From: Gemmatimonadota bacterium
GTDB lineage: Bacteria > Latescibacterota > UBA2968 > UBA8231
Reading direction: 5' to 3'
NCBI GenBank assembly: GCA_038153405.1
Contig: JAYOYH010000023.1
Location: 1 to 16,881, forward strand
Length of the DNA: 16,881 bases
In this document: in pieces, positions 1-7,534 of the stretch
Layout of the letters: each line of letters starts with the position of its first letter
Position numbering within the stretch: the first letter of the stretch is position 1
Program-made: the position numbers and the translations under genes
The notes under the pieces: model-generated
Told to the model about the DNA's origin: nothing
The model's input: the letters and a program-made list of their open reading frames with translations, nothing else
The model's database searches: none

Positions 1-459
1 TGGCCGCTGTCGCCGCGTAAAACCATTACCGCGTCGCTGGCATTTTACGACGGCACGCGCGACAACGGTGCCATGCTGGTGCTGCGCGGCAGCCATCGTC
101 TGGGGCAGATTCCCCACCACGATGTAGCCGGCGATGAGTATATGTTAGGACAGGAAATAGACGCCGATCGAATCGACGAGAGCCAGGCGGTTGCCATTGA
201 GCTCAAAGCGGGCGAAATCTCGCTGCACGACGAAGCGCTGGCGCACGGTTCGGGACCCAATCGCGGCGATGCACCCCGCGCGGTGCTGACGATGCGATTC
301 AGTCCGACCGAAGTCAAGGCAGACCTCGGCGTGTGGCCTACGTTCGAGAGCTCGATGGCGCGCGGAGTAGATCGCTATCGGCACAATCCGGAGGCAACGA
401 TTCCCACCGGAGACGCCTGTCCCGTGCGCAGCTTCCAGCGCTCTGCGGAATTTGCCTAG
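1..459 (+). CDS. Phytanoyl-CoA dioxygenase (PhyH) family 2-oxoglutarate/Fe(II) dioxygenase, 5'-truncated by the window edge
   Basis: Frame 1 is open from base 1 (WPLSPRKTITASLAFYDGTRDNGAMLVLRGSH...) to TAG at 457-459. It carries PhyH-like motifs: NG-x-M-x-V-x-x-GSH, LKAGEISLH, distal His in HGSGPN and the following Arg (PRAVLT). The HxD motif would lie upstream of the window. Confidence 0.85.
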   Translation, partial: WPLSPRKTITASLAFYDGTRDNGAMLVLRGSHRLGQIPHHDVAGDEYMLGQEIDADRIDESQAVAIELKAGEISLHDEALAHGSGPNRGDAPRAVLTMRFSPTEVKADLGVWPTFESSMARGVDRYRHNPEATIPTGDACPVRSFQRSAEFA

Positions 460-556
460 GTGGGTATGAGATCGAATGGAACTTGGCGCGCGTGGGAGCA
501 GTACTGATGCAGCGGGTTGGTAAACGGGCGCATGCTTTCATGCGCGAGCGGCAGGC

Positions 557-1588
557 GTGATGGCCGCCGCGGTGGACAGCGCGCGCAATGAGTGGGTCAA
601 TCGGGCCGACTGGCCAGCAGTCTCGGTGATTATCGTTACCCGCGATCGCCACGAAGCGGCCGAAAAGGCCGTCGCTTCGGTGCTGGCAGCGGACTATCCG
701 GCCGAAAAATTGGAAGTCGTTGTCGTCGAAGAGACCGATCAACCGCAGCCTATTGCCGGTGACCGCGTTCGCTATATCGCTATTCCAATGCGCAACCTCG
801 GTCTGGGCTTTGCGCGTAACCAGGGCGTCCAGCACGCGGGTGGGGCGGTGTTGGTCTTTACGGACGACGACTGTTTGGTGCATCGGAACTGGCTGCGCGA
901 ATTGGTGGGACCGCTGCTTGCAGAAGGTGTTGCGGCAACGGCCGGTGCCGTGTTCGTGCCTGAATGTGGACCGGTGGGAGAGTGTGAGAACATCCTGGGT
1001 TTTCCGGGAGGGGGTGTGAAGTTTGTAGAGCAGGCAGGGGGCGATATTGTTCGGCGCGAGACGTTCTCCACCTGCAACTGTGCGGTGCACCGCTGGGCAG
1101 TAGATGAAGTGGGCGGTTTTCGCGAGTTTAACAAGTCGAGCGGTGAGGATGAATTGCTCAGTCGCCAGATATCATCGCGGCATTCGCTGTTGTATACCCC
1201 GCACGCCATTGTCTGGCACGAGCCCCGCGATCGCATCGGCAAGGTATACCACTGGCTTGTTCGCCGCGGCCACAGTCGCGTAGAAATGGCCCAAAACGTT
1301 GCCCATAGCGGGCTGCTCTATCGCAAGATGATCGTCCAATCGCCCACCGTGCGGTTGGTTCTGGGCACGCTAGGAGGTGCTGTGGTCGGTGTGCCGCTGA
1401 TAGCCATGCCCATTGCGCTAGTGTTTCTCTACTACGCCAGCGTTCTCTATCGCTATCGCTGGAGCCGGCGCTACTATCGCTCGTGGAAGACCTTTCTGCT
1501 CCTGCCCTGTGTGAAGGCGGTAATGGACGTGGCCATGGATATCGGCACGGCGGAGAAGTTGCTGGCGCGCAAAAAGGCGGACGCGTAG
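557..1588 (+). CDS. Glycosyltransferase family 2 (GT-A fold) with C-terminal membrane segments
   Basis: 343-aa ORF (GTG 557 or ATG 560). VSVIIVTRDR first strand, NLGLGFARNQG motif, DxD motif FTDDDC, STCNCAV, VGGF, GED acceptor-site motif, and a hydrophobic C-terminal region. Confidence 0.88.
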   Translation: MMAAAVDSARNEWVNRADWPAVSVIIVTRDRHEAAEKAVASVLAADYPAEKLEVVVVEETDQPQPIAGDRVRYIAIPMRNLGLGFARNQGVQHAGGAVLVFTDDDCLVHRNWLRELVGPLLAEGVAATAGAVFVPECGPVGECENILGFPGGGVKFVEQAGGDIVRRETFSTCNCAVHRWAVDEVGGFREFNKSSGEDELLSRQISSRHSLLYTPHAIVWHEPRDRIGKVYHWLVRRGHSRVEMAQNVAHSGLLYRKMIVQSPTVRLVLGTLGGAVVGVPLIAMPIALVFLYYASVLYRYRWSRRYYRSWKTFLLLPCVKAVMDVAMDIGTAEKLLARKKADA

Positions 1589-1622
1589 CCAGCTTTCGCT
1601 GCTAAATCATCGCCGAAGTGAA

Positions 1623-4601
1623 CTATTTCCTGCCTGTCCCTCCGACCAATTCCTCTAGCTTCCAATCGAGCGGAATGCGCATGCGGCCCTCGTTTTTGCG
1701 GTCAAAGAGCAGGTAGTGTTGCTCTAAGGCGTAGTAAAATAAATCGCGCGTGAGTTCGACGTCCTTGCGGCAGTATGCTTCGATTAGATCCATGCGTCCC
1801 TCTTTAAACCACCTCAGGGCCATGAGGCCGTCGGCGCTTTTGGCTGCATCAAGTGTGGCCTTGCCCACCGAATCGAGGCTGACGCGGTAGCGCAGGCGCT
1901 CGTGGATTTCGCGCAGGATATCGAGCGTGTTGAGCCCTTTGAAATCGAATTTGCTATAGCCGCGCAGCACGCTGTAGTCGAAGCCGATGATATTGAAGCC
2001 GACGACCAGATCGGCTTTTTGCAGGTGCTCTATAAGCCCGTCGACGTTTTCCTCGAAGTAGGAAGTACACTGCTGTTCGTGGCTGTCCCAGACAATGCCG
2101 ACCGACATGCCCATCATATGCGCCTTGTTCCAGCCGCCGACTTCGGCTGCTGAGCGCTGGGTTTCCAAATCAAATACGACGATGCGCGGACCCTGGTCGG
2201 AGGTTGGGTGCGGCTCTTCTCCCTCTTCGTCCTCCCAATCGGCGTAGAGCGGTGGCTCGTCGCCTGCGATTGCTTGGCTGGCCGGCAGGGACGCCAGGTC
2301 TATTTTTCTACGCCCCGTTAGCACGTTGAGCAGATGCGTGCAGCCGGCTTTGTCCAGCGGCACGTTGCCGGCGCCGCAGGTGGGGAAGTGGATGCACGAC
2401 GGGCAGCCCAACTCGCAGTCGCAGCCCTCGACCATATCGAGCGTCATTTCGAGCAGGCGCTGCAGCTTGGCAAAGCCCTTTTCCGCTAGACCGATGCCGC
2501 CGGGGTGGTAGTCGTAGACGAAGATCGCGCCCTTGTTGAGCTGCGGGTGCAGCGGGTAGCAGATGCCGCCCACGTCGGTGCGGTTGCTCAAGGCCAATAG
2601 GGGAAAGAGCGACTTCATGGCGTGTTCGATCGCGTGGATCGAGCCCATATAGTGGAAGTTGTTGCGGCGCAGGTCCTTTTTGAAATGTGCGTCCAGCTCG
2701 ATCCAAAAGCCCACCGTTTCGATATGCTGCACGGGCGATTCGAGCGGATGTTGGCTGAGAATGACCTGATCGCCGACGCGCACTTTCTCGTAGGCGACCA
2801 CCTGCGAAGAGACTTTCAGGCGGCCGAGCTTGGCCATAAAGCCGTCCATCGGTTTGGAGCGCAATTCTTCGAGAATCTCCGTGTCTTTTTCCGACTTGGC
2901 GCGCGTGAAGTAGGGCACGTCGACTTCTTTGGCATAGATCTGGCCCTTTTCTGGGTTGCGCTTGCCAATGAGGTATTGCCGACCGCGGTGCAGATAGACT
3001 GCCCCCTCGTAGCACTCGCCGTAGACTTGGCCGCCGCTAACGGTGCCAATCAGGCCGTTGCGACCGTCTTCTATGATGTTGTACGACTCGCCGATGGTGC
3101 GCATATTGACGAGGCGATGCGGCTGCTTGCGCGCGGCGTACCAGGCGTCGCCGTCGGCCCCCTGCAGCAGCGACCCTTCCATGACCAATTCGTCGACGGC
3201 CTCGCGCCAGTTGGGCATTTCGTATTCGGGCTCTTGCGCCGTCAGGGGAAATTCGCGGGCCGCGCAGACCAGATGGTTTTTTAGGATGTACTTGTTGGCC
3301 GGATCGACGACGGCGTCTTCGACCCCGCGGTCAAAAAACTGCACCGGATGCCTCATAAAATATTGGTCGAGCGCGTCCTTGGAGGCGATGAGGATAATGA
3401 GCGATTCGCGGCCGCCGCGGCCCACGCGGCCGGCGCGCTGCCACGTGTTGATAATGGAGCCCGGGTAGCCTACTAGCACGCAGACGTCCAAGCCGCCGAT
3501 GTCGATGCCCAATTCCAGTGCCGAGGTCGACACGACGCCAAGCAACTCGCCGCTGTTGAGCGCCTGCTCGATCTGACGGCGTTCTTCGGGCAGGTAGCCG
3601 GCCCGATACGACGAGATTTTTTCGCGCAGGTCGGGGCGGCTCTGGGTGGCCCAGCGGTAGACCAGCTCGGTGATGACGCGGGCGCGCGTGAAAACGATCG
3701 TGCGATAGTTCTTCTGCACGCTCAGGCGCAGCAAGTTGGCCGCCAGCGTATTGGGGCTCTCTGGCGGGTTGAGAAAGACAAAGTGGCGCGCTGCCGCTGG
3801 CGCGCCGTTTTCTGTGATGGCGTGAAACGGTCGGTTGATAAGAGACGAAGCTAGCTCTTGAGGATTGCCCATCGTCGCCGAAGAGGTGATGTAGGTCGGA
3901 TCGGATCCGTAGTAGGAACAGATGCGATTCAAACGGCGAAACAGGTGCAGCACATGCGTGCCGAAAACGCCGCTGTAGGTGTGCAATTCGTCGATGACGA
4001 CAAAGCGTAGATGCGAAAAGAAATCGGCCCATGCCTCGTGAAAGGCGAGAATGCCCGAGTGCAGCATATCGGGTGTGGTAAAGAGCACGTGCGGTGGATT
4101 GGCGCGAATTTTTTTGCGCTGGTAGTCCGATGTGTCGCCGTCGTAAATATCGACCGTTAGCTCGGAGTCCAGCCCGTTCATCAGGCCCTTTATTTCGTTG
4201 AACTGGTCTTGCTCGAGTGCTTTCAGAGGAAAGATGTAGAGCGCGCGCGCCTTTTTGTTGTCCAGTAGCGTACTCAGTACGGGCACGTTGTAGACCATGG
4301 TTTTGCCAGATGCCGTTGGCGTGGCTACGGCTACGTGCTGTCCCTGCAGCACCTTTTCGATGCCTTCGGCCTGATGCGTGTAGAGGGCGGGTATGTCGGC
4401 AACGCGGAGGATGTCCGGCACGGAAGCCGGTAGGTGCGATAGGTCGTATACGAGCTGTTCTGGGCGGGCGGAAATGGTTTCGTGGTGGATCAAGTAATTG
4501 CCCAGCACGCGGCGCTTGAGATAGGCCAAGTAGTCGAGGATAGATTCAGAAGGAGCGGGTTCAGGGGCGTAGCCCGCATCGGGCGTGGCATCGCGGATCA
4601 C
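1623..4601 (-). CDS. DEAD/DEAH-box helicase with DUF1998 Zn-binding domain (MrfA/YprA/SftH/Hrq1-like), fused to a C-terminal RNase H-like DEDD 3'-5' exonuclease (YprB/MrfB-like, RNase_H_2)
   Basis: Q-motif LYTHQ, Walker A TPTASGKT, motif Ia FPLKAL, DELH, SAT, STSALELGIDIG, QRAGRVGR, HAIEH and YDYHPGGIG (DUF1998), CDCELGCPSC. An acidic linker follows, then VFDLETQ / GFNIIGFD / YCRKD. Start re-assigned to GTG at 4601 (AGGA 7 nt upstream; 992 aa) because the ORF-track TTG at 4673 coincides with a -35 box. Confidence 0.92.
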   Translation of the reverse strand: MIRDATPDAGYAPEPAPSESILDYLAYLKRRVLGNYLIHHETISARPEQLVYDLSHLPASVPDILRVADIPALYTHQAEGIEKVLQGQHVAVATPTASGKTMVYNVPVLSTLLDNKKARALYIFPLKALEQDQFNEIKGLMNGLDSELTVDIYDGDTSDYQRKKIRANPPHVLFTTPDMLHSGILAFHEAWADFFSHLRFVVIDELHTYSGVFGTHVLHLFRRLNRICSYYGSDPTYITSSATMGNPQELASSLINRPFHAITENGAPAAARHFVFLNPPESPNTLAANLLRLSVQKNYRTIVFTRARVITELVYRWATQSRPDLREKISSYRAGYLPEERRQIEQALNSGELLGVVSTSALELGIDIGGLDVCVLVGYPGSIINTWQRAGRVGRGGRESLIILIASKDALDQYFMRHPVQFFDRGVEDAVVDPANKYILKNHLVCAAREFPLTAQEPEYEMPNWREAVDELVMEGSLLQGADGDAWYAARKQPHRLVNMRTIGESYNIIEDGRNGLIGTVSGGQVYGECYEGAVYLHRGRQYLIGKRNPEKGQIYAKEVDVPYFTRAKSEKDTEILEELRSKPMDGFMAKLGRLKVSSQVVAYEKVRVGDQVILSQHPLESPVQHIETVGFWIELDAHFKKDLRRNNFHYMGSIHAIEHAMKSLFPLLALSNRTDVGGICYPLHPQLNKGAIFVYDYHPGGIGLAEKGFAKLQRLLEMTLDMVEGCDCELGCPSCIHFPTCGAGNVPLDKAGCTHLLNVLTGRRKIDLASLPASQAIAGDEPPLYADWEDEEGEEPHPTSDQGPRIVVFDLETQRSAAEVGGWNKAHMMGMSVGIVWDSHEQQCTSYFEENVDGLIEHLQKADLVVGFNIIGFDYSVLRGYSKFDFKGLNTLDILREIHERLRYRVSLDSVGKATLDAAKSADGLMALRWFKEGRMDLIEAYCRKDVELTRDLFYYALEQHYLLFDRKNEGRMRIPLDWKLEELVGGTGRK

Positions 4602-4644
4602 GGCGCAGTCCTGTCGGTCGAGTAGGCTGAGGCAAGATGGTAGA

Positions 4645-4673
4645 AGTGTAGCGCACGACCACAGCGCGGGCAA
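4645..4673 (-). promoter_or_regulatory. Putative sigma70-type promoter of the helicase-exonuclease gene
   Basis: Minus strand reads TTGCCC (4673-4668), 17-nt spacer, TACACT (4650-4645), about 45 nt upstream of GTG 4601. Confidence 0.6.
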
Positions 4674-4686
4674 GGCGGCCCGGTGC

Positions 4687-4703
4687 GGGGGCCGGCAGCC
4701 CCC
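4687..4703. repeat. GC-rich palindromic hairpin (REP-like)
   Basis: GGGGGC-cggca-GCCCCC perfect 6-bp inverted repeat in the intergenic region. A second hairpin, GCGATCC-cgggc-GGATCGC, lies at 4757-4775. Confidence 0.4.
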
Positions 4704-4781
4704 AAGTCCGTGCGCGGCAGATGCGTGCTGTGGCCGCCACTGCGTGCTTGTTCGTTGCGATCCCGGGCGGATCGCGCGCCC

Positions 4782-5681
4782 TTACGCTGCGCTGGGATGG
4801 GGAAACTGTTCCAGTAATGCGGCCAGCGCGGCTCGGTCGTCGCCATCCATATAGGTTCGGCCCGCGCGACAGGGTCCACCGGCCAAACCGATTAGCTCAA
4901 GGGCCGCTTTAATCATGCTGGTCCCGTTGCGGCGGCGCAGCACATCAAAAGGCGTTAGCGATGCGTGCAGCTCCATCACGCGCCGATAATCCCATGCCTG
5001 GGCTGCTTCCCACATTTCCACGTAGAGCGACGGCAAAACGTTGGCCAGACCGCAGGCCAGACCGGCTCCGCCCAGCACGAAGTAGCACGGGGCAAAGGCG
5101 TCACCGGCGCCGATAATCGACAGGCGATCGCCCAAGGCCAGGACAATCTGGCGAAAGTCGTCCATATGTTCGCGCTCTTCTTTGAGCGCGATGACGTTGG
5201 GCAGGGCGGCCAACTGCTCCAGCACCGTGATATCGACGATCTCGTCGGCGCGAAACGGCATCAGGCCGATGGAGACGGACTGCGAAACCGCGCGGTAAAA
5301 GGCAACGGTCGAAGCGGCGTCGGGCACGACTTCGTCGTCGGGAAAGAGCAGCACGCCATCGGCACCGACCGCTTCGAGCCGCTGCGCTCGCTCGATGCAG
5401 GCGCGGGTGTCGCCGCAGGCGCCAGCGTAGACGACTAGGCGGCCCGCCGCCTGCTCGGAGGCCGCGCGCACGACCTGCAGGTGCTCTTCTTCGCTCAGAT
5501 CCCACAGCTCGCCAACCCCGCCGCAGCTGACGACGACGGGAATGTGATGCCGGGCGAGAAATTCGATATTGCGGCGAACGCCCTCTTCGTCGACGTGCGT
5601 CGTTCCGCTGTGCTCTTTGAATGGGGTGGGGGTAAAAACGGCGATGCCGCGCGTGCGCTGGCGTAGGCTTTGCATATCCAT
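4782..5681 (-). CDS. Dihydrodipicolinate synthase/N-acetylneuraminate lyase superfamily protein, closest in pattern to 5-dehydro-4-deoxyglucarate dehydratase (KdgD), with atypical active site
   Basis: 299 aa from ATG 5681 (GGAGA RBS upstream). TPF, GGxGE, GADGVLL, Schiff-base Lys in PNVIALKE, IKAALELIG..GGPCR C-terminal motif. Confidence 0.85.
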   Translation of the reverse strand: MDMQSLRQRTRGIAVFTPTPFKEHSGTTHVDEEGVRRNIEFLARHHIPVVVSCGGVGELWDLSEEEHLQVVRAASEQAAGRLVVYAGACGDTRACIERAQRLEAVGADGVLLFPDDEVVPDAASTVAFYRAVSQSVSIGLMPFRADEIVDITVLEQLAALPNVIALKEEREHMDDFRQIVLALGDRLSIIGAGDAFAPCYFVLGGAGLACGLANVLPSLYVEMWEAAQAWDYRRVMELHASLTPFDVLRRRNGTSMIKAALELIGLAGGPCRAGRTYMDGDDRAALAALLEQFPHPSAA

Positions 5682-5766
5682 AGGTCGATCTCCGCAGTAG
5701 GTCGTTGCACCAAACATAAGGCGCCGACTGCCCCACAGCCACACGGCGCCGCGCGCAAGAGGGCCA

Positions 5767-5795
5767 TTGCCGCAGCGGAGGAGCCACCCTACTTT
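5767..5795 (+). promoter_or_regulatory. Putative sigma70-type promoter of the IlvD/Edd operon
   Basis: TTGCCG (5767-5772), 17-nt spacer, TACTTT (5790-5795), followed by a purine-rich RBS (AGGGGAA) and ATG 5819. Confidence 0.55.
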
Positions 5796-5818
5796 AGCAG
5801 CGAAAAATAGGGGAACGC

Positions 5819-7534
5819 ATGGACGATACAGAGCCGCGCGGGATAGACCGCAATCTGACCAACTACGCCGACGAAGGCTTCAGCCGCTACCTGCGCCGCG
5901 CCTTCCTCGCATCGGCTGGCTACGACGACGAGGACTTAGAGCGGCCGGTCATAGGCATTACCAATACGGCGTCCGATTACAATACCTGTCACAGAGAGGT
6001 GCCCCAACTCATCGAGGCCATTCGTCGCGGCGTGTTGGAGGCCGGCGGTTTGCCGATGGTATTCCCGACAATTTCGCTGGGCGAGATTTTGCTGTCGCCC
6101 ACGTCGATGCTCTATCGCAACCTGATGGCGATGGAGACCGAGGAGATGGTGCGGGCCCAGCCAATGGACGCCGTCGTGCTGGTGGGGGGATGCGATAAGA
6201 CGACGCCGGCGCAGATGATGGCCGCTGCCTCGCTCGATGTGCCGTCTATCGTCTCCGTGGCCGGGTCGATGTTGACAGGCGACTGGCGCGGCGAACGCCT
6301 GGGGGCTTGCACGGATTGCCGCCGCTACTGGGGCCAGCATCGGGCCGGTGTTCTCGACGAGCGCGAGATCGTCGAGGTGCGCGAGAGCCTGTGCCCAACG
6401 GCGGGCACCTGCATGGTTATGGGCACGGCGTCGACGATGGCCTGTATGGCCGAAGTGCTGGGTCTGATGGTACCGGGCAGCGCCTCGCCGCCGGCCACGA
6501 CCGGCGCGCGGCTTAAGGCGGGGGTGGAAACCGGACGGCAGGCCGTCGCGTTGGCCTCGCAGGGAGGGCGCGTTGCGCGCGATATACTGACGCGGCCGGC
6601 GTTTGAAAACGCGCTGTGCGTGCTGGCAGCTCTCAGTGGATCGACTAATGCGGTGGTCCATCTGCTGGCGCTGGCCGGGCGCGCCGGCGTGCCGCTGAGT
6701 CTGGATGATTTCGATCGAATTGCGCGCCAGGTGCCGTTGCTGGTCGATTGCAAACCTGCGGGCAGCGGCTATATGGAAGATTTCCACCGCGCCGGCGGCG
6801 TGCCGGCGTTACTCAAGGTGCTGGAGTCACTGCTCGATGTGGAGACCGTGGGCGTTACGGGACAGCGCTTGGGCGATTTACTGGATGCGACCGAGCCGCC
6901 GGGTTCCTGGCAGACGACGATTCGCTCGCTCGAAGATCCGCTGGGACCGCCGGCCTCGCTCGTGGTGCTCAAGGGGTCGCTGGCGCCCAAAGGTGCTGTT
7001 TTAAAGCGGGCCGCTGCTTCGCCCCATCTGCACCGACACCGCGGCCGCGCCGTTGTTTTTGAGGGCCCCGAGGACGTCGCCGCGCGCATTGACGATCCCG
7101 CGCTGGGCATAGAGTCCGATGATGTGCTGGTGCTGCGCGGCGTCGGGCCGGTGGCCATGGGCATGCCGGAGGCTGGATCGATGCCCATACCCAAATACTT
7201 GGCCGAGCGCGGCGTGAAGGATATGGTGCGCATTTCGGATGGGCGCATGAGCGGCACGGCCTATGGTGCTGTCGTCCTGCACGTGGCGCCGGAAGCGGCC
7301 GTCGGCGGTCCGCTGGCGCTAGTGCGCGACGGCGACGAAATAGAAATCGATGCCGAGGCGGGTCGCATCGAGCTCTTGGTCGGAGAAGACGAACTGGCCC
7401 GTCGCCGCGCCGAGTGGCAGAAACCCGCCTTGCCGCCGCGCGGGTGGCGTCGGCTCTACGCCGAGCGCGTGCAGCAGGCCGATCGCGGTGTGGACTTGGA
7501 CTTTTTAACGGAAACGGGGAGTGAGCTATGTTGA
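5819..7534 (+). CDS. IlvD/Edd family dehydratase (dihydroxy-acid / sugar-acid dehydratase, Fe-S dependent)
   Basis: 571 aa. RPVIGI, NTCH, GGCDKT, GTCMVMGTASTM, SGSTNAVVHL, LKGSLAPKGAVLK, GMPE, SDGRMSGT, LHVAPEAAVGGPLALVRDGD. PTSMLYRNL is more typical of the sugar-acid dehydratase branch than of biosynthetic IlvD. Confidence 0.93.
   Translation: MDDTEPRGIDRNLTNYADEGFSRYLRRAFLASAGYDDEDLERPVIGITNTASDYNTCHREVPQLIEAIRRGVLEAGGLPMVFPTISLGEILLSPTSMLYRNLMAMETEEMVRAQPMDAVVLVGGCDKTTPAQMMAAASLDVPSIVSVAGSMLTGDWRGERLGACTDCRRYWGQHRAGVLDEREIVEVRESLCPTAGTCMVMGTASTMACMAEVLGLMVPGSASPPATTGARLKAGVETGRQAVALASQGGRVARDILTRPAFENALCVLAALSGSTNAVVHLLALAGRAGVPLSLDDFDRIARQVPLLVDCKPAGSGYMEDFHRAGGVPALLKVLESLLDVETVGVTGQRLGDLLDATEPPGSWQTTIRSLEDPLGPPASLVVLKGSLAPKGAVLKRAAASPHLHRHRGRAVVFEGPEDVAARIDDPALGIESDDVLVLRGVGPVAMGMPEAGSMPIPKYLAERGVKDMVRISDGRMSGTAYGAVVLHVAPEAAVGGPLALVRDGDEIEIDAEAGRIELLVGEDELARRRAEWQKPALPPRGWRRLYAERVQQADRGVDLDFLTETGSELC

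Noticed and set aside
528..545. GCGCATG-cttt-CATGCGC hairpin upstream of the GT2 gene
   Set aside because: A 7-bp stem with no U-tract; plausible by chance at this GC content.
1623..4601. Helicase as part of an antiphage system (DISARM, Druantia, Dpd)
   Set aside because: No methyltransferase, PLD nuclease, second helicase or other defence gene flanks it, and there is no sign of an island. The neighbours are metabolic.
4602..4673. ORF-track N-terminal extension of the helicase (TTG start at 4673)
   Set aside because: The TTG is the -35 hexamer of a well-spaced promoter, and GTG 4601 has an RBS.
5681..5704. TAGGTCG direct repeat (two copies, 17 bp apart) at the DHDPS-like start
   Set aside because: Only two short copies, one overlapping the start/RBS region; too little to call an operator.
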